A stretch of DNA of 63,010 nucleotides, the filler included, from Welwitschia mirabilis (lineage: Eukaryota): assembly GCA_051453625.1 (NCBI GenBank). It is 4 parts of one record of this genome, joined end to end, with 100 filler letters (N's around TTAATTAATTAA, not from the genome) between each part and the next. Parts side by side here need not be neighbours in the genome. Positions count along the whole stretch, not along the records: positions 33,049 to 54,536 come from JBOZIK010000001.1; 3 more parts are not named here. One strand, 5' to 3'. Of this stretch, positions 39,688 to 52,721 are shown in pieces (position 1 is the stretch's first letter; every line of letters begins with the position of its first letter). The notes beneath the pieces were generated by a model. That model saw nothing but the letters and a program-made list of their open reading frames with translations. It had not been told where the DNA came from and made no database searches. Both the position numbers and the translations under genes were made by a program.

Positions 39688-42600
39688 GAACTTGGCTGCT
39701 TTTGCTTTGAATGCTTTCCTAAATGGTATGGAGGTATTTCTAGGGAGGGATCCACCAGACAGATAAAGGTAGATGGATTCGTACCAAGGCTTGGCTAAAA
39801 ATTTAGCAAAGATAGTGGGGAAAGGAGGGGTCTTACCTAACTGAGCTTTTTCTTCTGATTAAGGTGTAGGAGGTCTCTTGCTAGATCCATCCTCCTAACT
39901 AGCTTGGTGGGTGAGAGCTAAATGTTGTATTCTTGCAACTTGGAGATCCATTTCTCTTCTCAGGTTTGCATCCCTTTCCTCTAGCAGAGATTTCACTGCT
40001 AGTTCTGTGGCTATACCCTAGACCTTGGGTCGTAGAATATAGTGACAGAATCGTTTCAGGGCTTTGATGAGAGCGAAGGCTTCCTTCTTTAGATGGTGGT
40101 CAGATAGCTCTACGTCCTTGAATTGTTCACTCTTGAAGGGGAGAGGCATTCACCATCCCCACCCTCTAGGTCTGCCACCTTTTGTGTGAAGACGGTAGCA
40201 GTTGTGGTATCAGAAGCATAGGTGTAGATGAAAAACCGTTTAGAAAAATCTAGGCTGATTAACTATGGTGAAGCGGCTACAACCTTCTTGATCAATTCAA
40301 ACGCCTTCTTCCCTTTTGTTGAATAGACGAACGGACCATTCTTCTTTAATAGCGGCATGATAGAAGCCACTATCTTAGTGGATCTTGTGATGAATCTCCT
40401 CCCGAAATTAATCTTTCATAAGAAAGACCGCAACTCCTTAAAGGATCTAAGAAGAGGTATTTTCTACATAACCTAGGCCGTTTCCAGATTTACTCCGATT
40501 CTGTGGTCTGGGACAAGGTAGCCGAGGAGCTTAGCAGAAGAGACCACGATGATGCCTTTCTTAGGATTGAGGGAGATTCCATATTCCTAGAAATGTATGA
40601 ACATCTTGTTTAGATTGGCTATGTGGTTTACCCACCTATCAGAATAGATAGTGACGTCATCTAGATAGACTACGAGGCACTTCCCAATCAGTCATGCTAG
40701 TGTGCATTCCATGACCCTCTACAAGGTAGCCCCTTGCATTGATCAATCCAAACGATATGCTCTTGTAGGCATATGTCCCCCACTTAATGGTGAACATTGT
40801 CTTGATCCGGTCTGAAGTAGCTAAATCCAAGAATGAAAACATTTTTGCTCTAGATACCTTCTCCAAAATCTCATCGATGGTAGGAGTGGGATAGTTGTCC
40901 TTGACTAACACTTTGTTTAGGTTCTCGAAGTCAACACATAGATGGATCTCCCCACTCTAATGAGGAAGAAGATTAGACACCTAGGTGGCGTGCCTGACCA
41001 AGTAGATGATGCCTAATTGCGGCAGTTTGTCAAGTTGCTTCTTAATCAAAAGTTCAACTATTGGGTTAACTCATCTTTGTCTTTGTCAAAAGGTCTTGAT
41101 ATTATCCTTGAGTAGGATAGTGTGAGTGAGAATTTCTGGATTGAATCCCTTTAAGTCTTGAATCCCTTTAAGTCTTCATAAGACCAGGTAAAGACGTCCT
41201 TGAACTCCTGACACAGGGAAAGGATGACCTGTCTTTCTTAGTCAAAACAGACTCTCCCTATTTTGATCATCTTGGGGCTCTGAGGGAACCTAGGTTCACC
41301 TCTTTGACTTCTTCATCTGAGCATTTCTTACGGAATGGCAGGTCCAATTGTGAATCAAAGAACTTTTCCAGCTAGATAAACCTTACTGGAGTCTTGTTAG
41401 TTTGCAACTGTAGGATATGATCTTTTATGAAATGATCGTCTTTTTTAGCATATTCCTCCTCATCTACAATCTGTCTTTGAAACTCTTCTCGATTCTGTAA
41501 AAACCTTAAGATGTCATCATCTCCTTCAAAGACTTGATAGTCCTTCATGTTGTTAGGAACCAATCTCTCAAAAAGGAGGGCAATTTGGAGTCCTTAAACA
41601 ACTAGATCATTGAATGGGCTTCCTAAGGCAACGAAGCGGCGAGTTTATCTACTACGAAGTTCTGCCCCCTAGGAATCTGGGAAAGAGACCATTCTGTAGA
41701 TCGCTCTAGGAGATCTAGGACTCAGGCCTTCTAACCTTTTAACATCGGATTGTGAGTTTGGTACTTCGCTTTGATTTGCTTGATGACGACTTATGAATCT
41801 CTAGAAGCTTGGATCCTCTTGACCTTCTTTTGGAGTGCTATCTTGAGGGTCTATATGCGTGCTTCATACTCAATGGCATTATTAGAGGTAAGAAACCATA
41901 AGCTAAAGGCTCTTAGCAAAGGTTGTCCTACTAGTGGTTGCAGTACTACTCCTACCCCTCAGCACTTAGTATTGGTAGCTCCGTCAAAGAACAGGGATCA
42001 AGTTTCATTGGAAGCGGTATTTGGAAGGTCATGCGGTATTGGGGCTTCTACTGGATCTCTGATATCGCAAAAATATATTCCTAATCCTAAGTCTTGGATA
42101 GGTTTTTTTAGGGTTGGTCATTTCTGCATCATAAGTCGTCATGTCATATTTGAGGTAGGGTTCCCTCTCAATATGGATCTGGTTGGGAACACCCTTCTAA
42201 GGTAGCCACATATGGGAGTAGTTAGAACAAATATATGCATTAAGAGAGGCAGCCCAACTCTGACTCAGTAAGGCCCCATAGATCGCAGGGATGTTCACAA
42301 AATAAAAAATTCGTTACATTCATGACCTTGCAATCTGCAGGTAGTGGAACTTTATCATCTTGAAGAATACCTTGTACCTTGACATTAGCTCTGTCTAGTT
42401 GGACTACAGTCTTGCTACACTCCTTTGGGGTAAGATCCAATTGCTTAGCTACTTCAGAGGAGAGGATATTGGTGGAGCCCCAAAGTCTAGCAAACAATTA
42501 TGAACGTTTTTGCCAAACATACGCAATGTGACTAGAAAGGGGGATACCTTTTTCTTAGCAATGAAAATCGTAGCTTTCGCTTGCAACTCAGCAACATTCA

Positions 42601-43279
42601 TCTCTAGAAGAGAATCCTCTAGTCATTGAGCGTCTGTTGTCATGCAGGCCTAGGATAATTTGCCTCTCTGTTCTTTGCTTATTTGCAAGACCTTGAATAG
42701 GGGCAGGCTAGCCTTATACTTCTTTAAGTCTTCCACCACGTTGTCTTGGGAACGTGTGGAACAAGTGCATTGCTTGGAGCTAGCTGGATACCTAACAATT
42801 CATTTTTCGTGTGCAATAAGCAAAGCCAAATCTAATATATTCTCTTCTTTGTGTTGTTACAACGTAAAAAATTCTATTCCTTCTTTGTAATGTTTTAAGT
42901 TACTCACTTCTTTTAGTAGAGGTTGGCGTATTTTCTGTATTGCTCGTATTCTCTCTAAGACTACAGACAATATAGTTCTGGACCTAGGATACAGAAAAGT
43001 TGAACCAAATTAGATCTATGGTGCTTGCTCTGTTCTTGTTCATGTCTTTGTTTCTGGTTTATTTGTTTTATAACAGGTATAGAAGAGTACTCTCTGCAAA
43101 TTTTGAAAAAAATTTATTGTATTTGACATCTTATGCCAGTGATTCATGCTTGCATTATTACACAATCTTAATAATAATATTTAATAATACATGTACAATA
43201 ATGTCAAGAAAATATCTCATATTAAAAGATACAATATTATGAAATATATGTAAGAATTTAACATGTTAATTTAGGCTTG

Positions 43280-44926
43280 TGTTTTGGAGGATGAAGCGTG
43301 AATGTGACTGGGGTTTGCAAATGCAAACTTTGCTAATCATACTGTTCTTGGCAGGTCTGCTACAGGTTATATTTCTCAATTTGGTGGTGGTACAGTTACG
43401 TGGGTTTCATATTTGCAAGGAAACGATGTGACCGAGTCTACTACAAAGGTTGAATATATTGCCTTGGCAGAGGGAACTAAAAAGATGTTGTGGTTGAGAA
43501 ATTTCTTGCTTGAGCTTCTGTCAATCATTGTGACAATCAAAATGCCATTTGTTTGGCTACGAATGCAAAATTTCATGCTAGATACCAGCATATGCTTGTA
43601 TGTTATCACTTTCTAAGAACACAGTAGCAGAAAAGAAAGTTACAGGCATTCAAAATTCATATGAAACATAGTTTGATCAATTCCTAGCAAGGAATGTAGC
43701 TACTACATGATTTCTATTGCCAGGGCATTTTGACCTAAAGGAACATAAGCTCAGCATGTTTGGAACAAGTGCACCTCTCGGAGCTGACTGGATGCATGAC
43801 AATTCATCTTTAAGTGGGCTGTAAGTGAACCCAAATTTAATATATTCTCTTCTTTGGACTGTTATATTTTAATATATTCTATTCATTCTTTGTAGCTATT
43901 ACTTCTTTTTAGTGGAGCTGGGCTCCTTTTCTGTATTGTTTTTATTTTCTCTAAGACTGCAAACCATATAGTTTTCGAAGGAGGATACAAGAAACGTTGG
44001 ACCACATTAAATCTGTGTGTAAGATTGAATTTTTGATATCCCTAACTAGATGTGGCATTGTAAGTTATGCCTCAGTGACCATAACTCTCCCTATCATCTC
44101 CCATATCCAGTCAAATCCCAAAAATCCCTCCTTAATCCTGTTATGGGCTTGATATCTCCCTCTCGCATGATACCCCCCTTAGGCTTGACACCTAGCCATA
44201 AGCATGATAGCTCTAATATCTATACTGAAACCCTAATCCTAATGCCCTGTTCTGACATGTGGTATACTACCATACACCCTAAATTGATGTACAAATATTC
44301 CAATTAAGCCTTCATTGAGCAGATGTGAATCTTCTTTCAATCCTTTACCCAGTCATAACAATTCACCCAACACTAAAGCAATCAATCATTACCCAAATTC
44401 TTCTTCTGCTACCCAAACTAACATTCTTCCAAAGTCCTAACCAGTATGCAATCATTCATCCAATCATCCAAGTATCTGCAGCCCTAAGAGCAACTACTTT
44501 GCAGATAGACCAAAATATTTTGGGCCTGCAGAGACCCCTTGTAATGCTGATTTCTTAATAAATGATTTGTTCTATTTGCTGCAACTATGTGATTTCTAGC
44601 ACCTCCACATTTACTAAATATTGCGAAAAGGTCTATAAGTTTCAATATTTCACCATTCTATTTGCTCCCACATTCTACTCTCTATTTTTGTTTTTATTTT
44701 TGTTTATGTTCGTTTCATTCAAATAGCATATACCCTACAAACCACTTTTGCCCTTGCATACCCAATTAATTGAAATCAATCGCTATTACAAAAATCCAAA
44801 CTTCACCTCTTTATAAAACCCTACTTAAAGTTTATCTCGGAGGGGCAGATTATTTGCCCTTATACTGTGCGGCTTGTTTTGTTCTTCCTTGTATCTTTCT
44901 TACTGGTTTACTTGTTTTTTGTAACA
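43280..44926 (+). mobile_element. 3' end of a Tork-like copia (RNase H, 3' UTR, LTR), partly duplicated at 42753-43260
   Basis: GFANANFA..GRSATGYISQFGGGTVTWVSYLQ..STTKVEYIALAEGTKKMLWLRNFLLEL. Downstream LTR-like sequence with gaccacattaaatc ends gtaaca. Confidence 0.7.
44018..44864. mobile_element. Solo LTR (847 bp)
   Basis: Termini tgtaag...cttata (1 mismatch to inverted repeat), perfect TSD CTGTG (44013-44017, 44865-44869), absent from the paralogous copy at ~43020. Confidence 0.8.
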
Positions 44927-45020
44927 GATATGACAAAGTCCTTTCTGTAAATATCAACAAAATCTCCTCTACTTGACAACTCATCCCAGTGACTCATGCT
45001 CACATTATTATGCAATCTTA

Positions 45021-45192
45021 CAAAGCATTGGAATGACATAACACAAGTCCCCTCCCCCTCCACCAACCCCCTGCGCCCCCACAACCCAAAAAATTTTAGC
45101 TTGTAAATGTACAAAATATAAAAGGGTCACTTTCTTAAATGGGTAGCTAATTACATGACAAAGAAATGACAAGACATGTTGTGTCATTTGTT
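45021..45192. mobile_element. Tourist-like MITE
   Basis: Imperfect subterminal inverted repeats aatgacataacac / gttgtgtcattt, TTA target duplication, absent from the paralogous copy at ~43170. Confidence 0.5.
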
Positions 45193-45849
45193 TTAATAAT
45201 ATTTGATAATACGCTTACAATATGGAGGAATCTTTCATATTGAAAGATAGAATATTCTAAAATGTAAATTACAACTTAATATGTTCTACAATATGATTTC
45301 TTATTCTGCCATCACGCTACACTACTCATATTTCTTAGCCTTCATAGTTTACTAATTGATACAAATTAAAGATCATAATTCCCCCCAATACAGGTGACAA
45401 TCAGTTTCATATCACGTAACCTATCAATGAAGTTTACTATTTAGTTAGTTAATAAACATGTCTTCTAGGATTATATGGCTATATATTTATACATAGCAAA
45501 TCCTCATAGAAACTGGTTTAACTATATGCCTACTTGTCTTATTCCATGCCGCTTCTATGTTCTGTATCCTTTAAAGTTTTTTCTGAGATTAAAAAAGGAG
45601 AACTACATAATAGAATATCTATAGGAGGAGATATTGATTGGGCATTTGCTATTGAAACAGATTATAATTACTGGATTTGCAGAGTATTTGAAAGCACTAA
45701 AAAAAGATACGGTGTTCCATCCTAGAAATCATGGGTTATATGGTATGCGCTACATGTATTTTATTATGATGCTATAACTCAGAATCCAGATGCTATTGTA
45801 GTTATGTGGTTGCAATCTACAAGAAAGATCTGGAAAAGCAGAAGCTTAC

Positions 45850-45968
45850 TCATATTTTAAATGCCCGTCTTTCACTAACTTTAGCAAGTAATCTGTCATT
45901 GTCTCAAATTCTTTTGATGAGTGAGATGCAGTCCATTTTTGCATCCAAAATCCTGTTAACTGAATGTC
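45850..45968 (-). CDS. MECR: Mitochondrial trans-2-enoyl-ACP/CoA reductase, penultimate coding exon (119 nt)
   Basis: tttttattacag|GAC...TAT GA|gtaagc encodes DIQLTGFWMQKWTASHSSKEFETMTDYLLKLVKDGHLKY(E/D). It matches plant MECR D..LRGFWLQ.W......E...M.DYLL.L...GKLKYE. Open frame, canonical splice sites. Confidence 0.9.
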
Positions 45969-48099
45969 CTGTAATAAAAACAATTAAAATAAAAAAGAAC
46001 AGAACACAAATCTTATCACATTAGCAAGAAATTGGTGAAACACAAAAACAAATAGTATATCCTAATTCTTTCCCAAACGTAGGGGAAAAAAATCTAAAGC
46101 ATGCAAACAACTGCCAAAAGTTAATAAGGCACTCATTTTAATATGGATGTGAAAATAAAGAAAAATGATCTTCGATTCCTTTACTTCAGCTTCTTGTAAA
46201 AAGCCCCTGAAGATTTGCACTTCACACTTCAAGAAGTGAAATGCAACATCTTATGGCTAGTTCATTGTATCACAAAGAATTTAAAAACCATAGCCTGTCA
46301 ATCAAATAAATTACATATTTACATCATGTAATTCTCATGATGAATGCATGGTGCAGAAATCTCTACAGAAACAAACACACTCAGATATAATGTGGCAACT
46401 ATTTCTTTAGTTCAAAAAACAAATATAGTAGTACTATTAGGGAAAATGCACTAGAAGATTGCCAAAGCACTGTTGAATAAGTGAGTTTTGTCCATCAGTG
46501 ACAGATGTTTACTTATTGTGAATAAATAAGAGCTATCAGGCATTTAATTACAGTGTTAACTATATATTTATAAATAAGATGAAAACATAAATAAGTGTTA
46601 GAAGTATTAGAGGGAAAATTTTGATTCAATCTTCAATTTATCACTCAAATGTTGTTTTGTATATTTAATATATCATAAGCCATGCTTTGGTAGTTGTTTT
46701 GTGTTTGTCTCTCTAACTCTAAAAATCACTGCCTTCGATTTTCTCTCTTTTTAATGAATATGTTGTTAGAATGAAGCCAATTTTCTTCTTTGTTCCCTTT
46801 GTGGAATAACATTGGCTGTTTGTATCTGGGTCCCATATGTTTTATTACTTGTGTGTATGGGGTTATTGCAATTAGTTAAAAGGGCTCAATATTGAGCTAT
46901 CCTATTAGGGCTTTAACCCTCATGTTTGTTATCAAAGTGGAGATGCATCTGGTTGGGAGGCATGGGTGTAAGATTGTGTTGCTTACCTTGAGTGCTGATG
47001 CCCCTCTATTGATGATGGCTTAGGTCCTTCACATTTGGAATGGTAACAAGAACTCTGCACTGTTCCACAGAAGTAAGGTCGTGAGGGTCAAATGCATGTA
47101 ATCATGTGTGTGTTTTGCTTGCTGGATTTTTTTTTTTCTCTGTTGAACGTGCAATTTTTCAACATGTGTTATGTAAGTAAGTGATATGCAGCTGAGTCTT
47201 TTACTTGGAGCCAGTTACCATGCATGCTTGTTTTGTGAAGTGCAAATGCCTTATCAAACATATTTCCCAGCTTTTCCCAAAGACCTATAGAATAAACATC
47301 ATTCTTAACTGATTACAGGATCCTGTTGCTCAAACAAAGATGTATGAATGGCATAGCTTTAATCTAGTCTTTGTATTTCATCCCTATTGGCTTCGTGGCT
47401 TCCATTAACATCCCTTGTCAAGATGCTCCAGTTGTTCTAGTTTTGGCCACAAGCTTGTCTGTTGTCTGCAATGTCTCCATTCTGATAACATTGCTTATAT
47501 GAAAGAAGAAATGCTCTTTTGGATGCTAAAAACTGTGATTTTACTTACCACAAAGATTTCACTTCACTTCACTTCTTAAAGCGGAGCACATAGACTATTG
47601 TCAAGCTGGTAATATCCCAAACCCCTACACTTTGATATCTCTTCTTAATGATTTGAGTAGCGGAAGTAGGGAATCAACAAGATAAAGGACACAAAAATTT
47701 CAACAAGGTTTAAATCTCTAACATTACACTAAGTCGCATTAACATTCCAAATAAAATACTTCCTACATTACAATGACTTTTAATATCTTTTAAATGTCAA
47801 CATTAAAAAGAAAGAAGTAAGGTGCAATGGTAGGATTTGGCTTCACTTTACAACAGTAAGAAGACATACAGCAAGATTGACAAGGTCCTTCACTTCTTCG
47901 CCCACTGTAGACTTGATCTTACACTTACAAATATGATTTGTAACCTTTTTATTTAATTAATAAAGATCAATTCAAAAGTTTGAGAAATGGGCTTTTTCAG
48001 AAGATGAAGTATTTGGGCTTGAGTTGAAGGTGGTTTTCAAGAACATTTGGAAAGTTTTGAAGAATGGTGTCATTAAAGATGTGCATTCTTTAAAAAGTA

Positions 48100-49745
48100 A
48101 AATGGTTAATTGAAGCCATGGATTTGGTTCAAAGTTGATGTTGAAGTGAGAGCAAATTTTGGCAATAAGAACTAAAGAAGGAACTGCCCTCTACTTATGT
48201 ACATGAGTTGGCATGTGCCTAAGAATTATGAATGGTGCATCAATAAACTTGCTTCTGGAAATGAGACATAGGAGTTGATCTCTGTAGTTGGAAATCCATA
48301 AGATTCATGATTACAGGTGAAACTTTAATCTTAGGTGAATGCCGACAACTGAAGACCAATTCCACACCTTGTTTCATATCTTCTTAAATTTTTCCTCTTT
48401 TTGTCAGGGTGACTAATGTGTGAGTTCAGGCAACTTGACTGTTCTCGTTTATAAAAAAGTTGAGATTCATTAGGTGAGCCAAATGTAGTGTCAGCAAGAC
48501 TACTCAGGACTCAGTTTCCATTCTTCTCATGAGGGTCTCTTGATTGACAATGTCTTCTATTGAGGCTGCCAATCGTCTGGTCTCTTCAGGGCAACCAGAT
48601 GACCCATCAGGGCAATCACACTATATTTTGTTTTTGTATCTTTTTCGTGCCTTGCATGAAAGAACTACTTTTAAAATCTTTTGGTGCTTCGCAGTTACCA
48701 AACCAGTAACTGGATTCATTTTTATATTGGGAGGGTTACTGAACTTAACCTTTGATTTCATTCCAAAATTACATGCTCAAGTATCAAAAAGTTCTTCTTT
48801 AACCCCATGGAGTTTGATCAAATCATAGGACCAGTGTCTTCTTCATTGTGGATGGTTTGGAGTAGCTAAGGCTTATCATCTAATTCTTTATGCTCCTTTT
48901 GTGATCAGGTTGATGTCTTGGTTTGAAAAGTCTGATTGTAAGATCTAGAATGGCCTGGAAATCCTTAGAAGATTGGTTAACAAAGAGCCAAAGTGACCTT
49001 GGTTCTTGACTGCCTTCTGATAGTAGATGTAGGGTTTATCCCAATCCAATAGAAAATTTATGTGTTTTTTTATTTATTTTGGGTTTATTATACATTGTCA
49101 ATTTATCATTTTATCCACATACAATATACATTGTCAATTTATCATTTTATCCACATACAACAGATTAAACATTTGATTAGTGAATGCTTTTATACTATCT
49201 TTGGACATTAATATTAGGAACTTAATAAACCCTGTTCAGGCCCCTCAGGAGTTGATCCTAAGTTTCAATTGGCATTGGAGCTTTGATTGAGCCATCCTAT
49301 TGAGATCTGAACATCCTGGGCTCTATACTTCTAGCAGTGAATTCACAATTAGGACACTCAATCTCAAGGCCATCTCGATTTGATGGATCCCATCAGGGAT
49401 ATAAAAGGCTAGAATGAGAGTGTTCCCTTAGTCCATTGACTCTAATATTCAAGATGTCATAATTCATAGATACTCAAAACCAACTTGCACTGCTACTTAT
49501 GCAATTGGGAACATTACATTATTACATCCTTGAAACCCAAAGATTAATAGGCTTTTGTTTGTAAAAACACTATTAATCTTAAATTTCATGCTTTGAATGC
49601 CTTTTTTTCATGTGGTTAAAAGAATTCAAAAGGATTGGCCATCGCAAGACAACCAATGAGGCATGTGACATTCTAAAGAATACTCATCAAGGCACTAATG
49701 TTATCAAACAAGAAAAGCTTTATATGTGTATCTTGTAGAGTTCAA
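48100..49745 (+). mobile_element. SIRE-like copia 5' LTR, PBS and gag remnant
   Basis: LTR end ccctgttcaggcccctcagg...tttca (49267), degenerate PBS tggcattggagc 49270-49281, gag GHSISRPSRFDG...KARMRVF..SID. Left boundary uncertain. Confidence 0.65.
49089..49160. repeat. Perfect 36-bp tandem duplication
   Basis: tatacattgtcaatttatcattttatccacatacaa occurs twice. Confidence 0.9.
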
Positions 49746-50039
49746 CAATTTTTTGCTAAGTTCACTCATATTTTTGTAAGGATATACATTTTCTTAGGGA
49801 AGTTGAGATTAAGGTTTATGTTTTGGTGCCAAGGTTAATTTTGGGTGCAGAATGATGGAACAAAAGGGGGATCTTGTGGGTTTAAATGCTTTTATTGCAG
49901 AAAACAGAAATAGAACATTAAAATGCACCAAAAAAGAACTTGCTGAAATATTTTAGCTTACAGAGATTCTGCAGAAATAGTGAAAGACTGTTAAAGCTTG
50001 ATTTGCAAAAATAAACAATCCCTCTGTTAACATATCAGT

Positions 50040-50760
50040 AGTACAGTGGGATATGCATGTCCAAAAGTATACAAATGCTTGCTTTCACAGTTTAGGATTG
50101 TTGGATGAAATTTAGGGCTTATGGTAAGTTGTCCATCCTGGGTCTAGCTGTACGCCAGAATACTTGAAGGCTTAAATGATGGATGAATGCTCAAGATGTC
50201 ATTAGATTTAAAATATGGGTTTAATAGGGTATTTGTAGACATTGTAAGGTTTCCAAGGGACCTACCAGATGTCAAAACATGGTAGGCTGCACCAGTTAGG
50301 GTTTCTATGGCACTTGGGCATCCAAACATAAGTTACATAGCTGTTATGGCCTTATGGGTATCCAAATGTGTTTGGATGGTTCACATTGGTTCCAAAACCC
50401 AGGATAGGAAAATGGCTGTGTTATAATTTTGATGGTTTCAGGGCCAGATGGAGATTGTCAAGCTTAAATAGGATAGGATAGGGAGTTTGGACACTGAGCA
50501 TCACTTATTGTATCACATCATTGGATATATCAAAATTTGATCTTACATTTTTGCCCCTCTTTGGAGGCATTCTAGGAATGTAGTAAAGACAGTAGACTGT
50601 TGGTGCAATGTTAAGATGAAGCATGCAAGAAGGGCCTCATTGTTGTTAAGAAGCCACTGGTTCGAGCATGTTCTACTATGCTACTCAAAATCTAGCATTG
50701 GTGTTGCCACTATTTGTGATAGAGTACGTAAATAAAGAGATACTATGGTTACAAGAAAAT
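50040..50760 (+). mobile_element. Highly decayed Ty3/gypsy integrase fragment
   Basis: Scattered matches: V.VDIVRFP (VVVDRFSK), ggccagatggagattgtcaa (GQ.E.VN), tggttcgagcatgttctactatgc (AEF.YN region). Confidence 0.4.
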
Positions 50761-51849
50761 GATGTACTGAAAGGGTAGAGTTATTTAATATTGGAGACGA
50801 TCAAAGAGATAAATATGGGAAGCAACAGCTAGGTGACAATGTTTGAGAAAGTTGAGCTCATCAAAATGAGTTTCTGCATTAGGAAGAGCATAAGGGGAGA
50901 GGGATTGTAATGTCACACTATATGAGGGGATGGTCACTTCAAAAGAAAGGATGGCTTAAATGTTACAGAGAAGGGAAAATAGGGTTTTACTAATTGGGAT
51001 TGTCCCAAATACCCTGTATTAAATCTGAATTGTAGATGAACCTCTCTTCATTTCCCAAGACTGTTCTCAATGTAGAAAAAAGACCTCCTGTAGTGCAGTG
51101 TTTTTTTGATAATGTGGGTTTCCCTTAGGTGGCATGGACATGGAGATAACAACTTGATGATATAGGGATCCTCCCTTAGATGGTGTTTCTGCTGCTTTCT
51201 TTTGAGTGTGGGAAGTTTTGTTCCTACCCACATAGGATGGGGCTTACTACCTCTAAGACAAGGTTCTTTTTTCTCTATTACTCGTGTAGGATTTCTCTCT
51301 TTTCAGCTCTGTAGAACAAGCTCCTTCCTATGCAAAATGTCTAATTAAGCTCTATAGGGAACTACAACATTTGATGATGCAAGGCTACTACTCTTTTCCC
51401 ATGCAAGGCTCTCTCAACTTGTTGAGATATGATAGCCGAATAATTATTTGATCTAATCAAAGGCTATTATATTCTAAACAACACTAGCAAAGGCTAGAAT
51501 ACTCTGAACAACACTAACATAATGACTTAATTATTTTTTATTATTAAATGATGTAACCTTTGTATATAACGGTCATCATCCTTCACATTATATAAACCTA
51601 TAATGAATGAGGTGGATTAAAAAAAAATCATCTAATGTCTTGATGATTTGGAAAAGGAGATTCACCCTTTAAGGGCTTGGGCTTTCTGATGTTGCTACTT
51701 ATTAACTCTTTTTATTACTTTAATATTTTTCTGATTATGTATGATTAATTTTTATCATCATTTATATTTGCAATTCTTTCATTTGTTTTCGTGTTTTATT
51801 TTGTTGCATGCTCTTAATTTTTCTAGTCTAATTTGTTGTTGAAATGTGA

Positions 51850-52700
51850 ACACAACTCTAGCCATGTGGTTAGTGTGGGTTACATCGTACCACCCATGGG
51901 GGTGGCCTTTTTGTTGGCATGCAGTGTCTCCTCTCTTGATGGTTGATGGAAGTAGGTAACATGAAGGTCACAACCTTGGTAGCACAAGGTCCTTCCTCCT
52001 GATGGCACATGAGGTGCTTGTAAAACCCTCTTATAGGGGATTGGTTTTCCGATACAATCCTATGTGGGGTTCTTTACTCATTGCTTGCATGAGTTTCTAG
52101 TATTTATACTTGCATAGGGCAATCCTTTTGCAATAGAAGATGACTTTCATTCTTACTTACCTTCTAGGTTCCCTCTCCTATCCATGCAGAGTCTTCTTTT
52201 CCCTTCACCTTGCATTGGTTGTTCTTTATTGAAGAGCATGATTCCTTTCCTAGTGTGTAAGCTCAGCTAGCATGGTGAGGTAGCATTAGTGTTCAACAAA
52301 ATAGGGGTCTTCATTAACTTAGATCAACTTGAAAATGCTAATGTAGGTGATTCCATATTGAATGATTGTGAGTTGATCCCCAATTGCAGTGAAAGACCTT
52401 TAAGAGATGTTGCTATGAGAAGAGGTTGCTCATGCTCTTTGGTACCTACTTTGAATTTATCTCCATTATTGTTTCCTCACGCATTACAATGTATTGGGGA
52501 GCATCCCTTTTAATAGCCCATGGTAATGTTCCACTCTCTGCTACTTCCCTTTCTAGTCTAGAGTGTTGTAATTAAAGATGGTGGAAGTTGACGTGATTTT
52601 CCTCATGTAAATATCCTTCAATTACACTTCTTTCAATGCCATGTTGGTAGCTCTTCCAACTGTTTTCTACAAGATGCTAGTTTCTCCCTAGTATTAGTGC
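51850..52700 (-). mobile_element. Decayed Ty1/copia gag fragment
   Basis: Minus-strand remnants resembling LNSL...F...ITYN...KWS..ELI and a CX2CX4H knuckle (~52100-52150). Confidence 0.35.
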
Positions 52701-52721
52701 AAGAAATGCGAAAGACTAGCC

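Larger units (their letters stand above)
33190..42752 (-). mobile_element. Degenerate Tat-clade Ty3/gypsy element, order gag-PROT-aRH-RT-RH-INT (TatII-like), with extra 3' ORFs; LTRs not seen
   Basis: Protease PFLVTLRMFGKNVHNCLLDFGGSTNIL (~42460-42545). Archaeal-type RNase H FFDGA..GVGVVL..TSNNAIEYEA..RDS*VVIKQI..IPRGQNFVVDKLA (41635-42000). RT YLDDVTIYS (YLDD 40656-40667). RH YTYASD (~40215). Integrase WPFAMWALDF (ORF 37935-38246), ending near 37255. Confidence 0.88.

Noticed and set aside
42753-44017. TRIM-like element with two LTRs
   Set aside because: Repeat homology extends beyond the LTR on both sides, which fits a tandem duplication better.
45697-45721. tag|G ATG GAA CAC... as the MECR last exon
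   Set aside because: It begins E-M-E but stops after HRIFF and lacks the VPF..F..AL.KALG..G..PKQ motif.
46596-47047. Possible solo LTR tgttag...gtaaca
   Set aside because: No matching target-site duplication (ataag vs agaac) and no supporting copy in the window.
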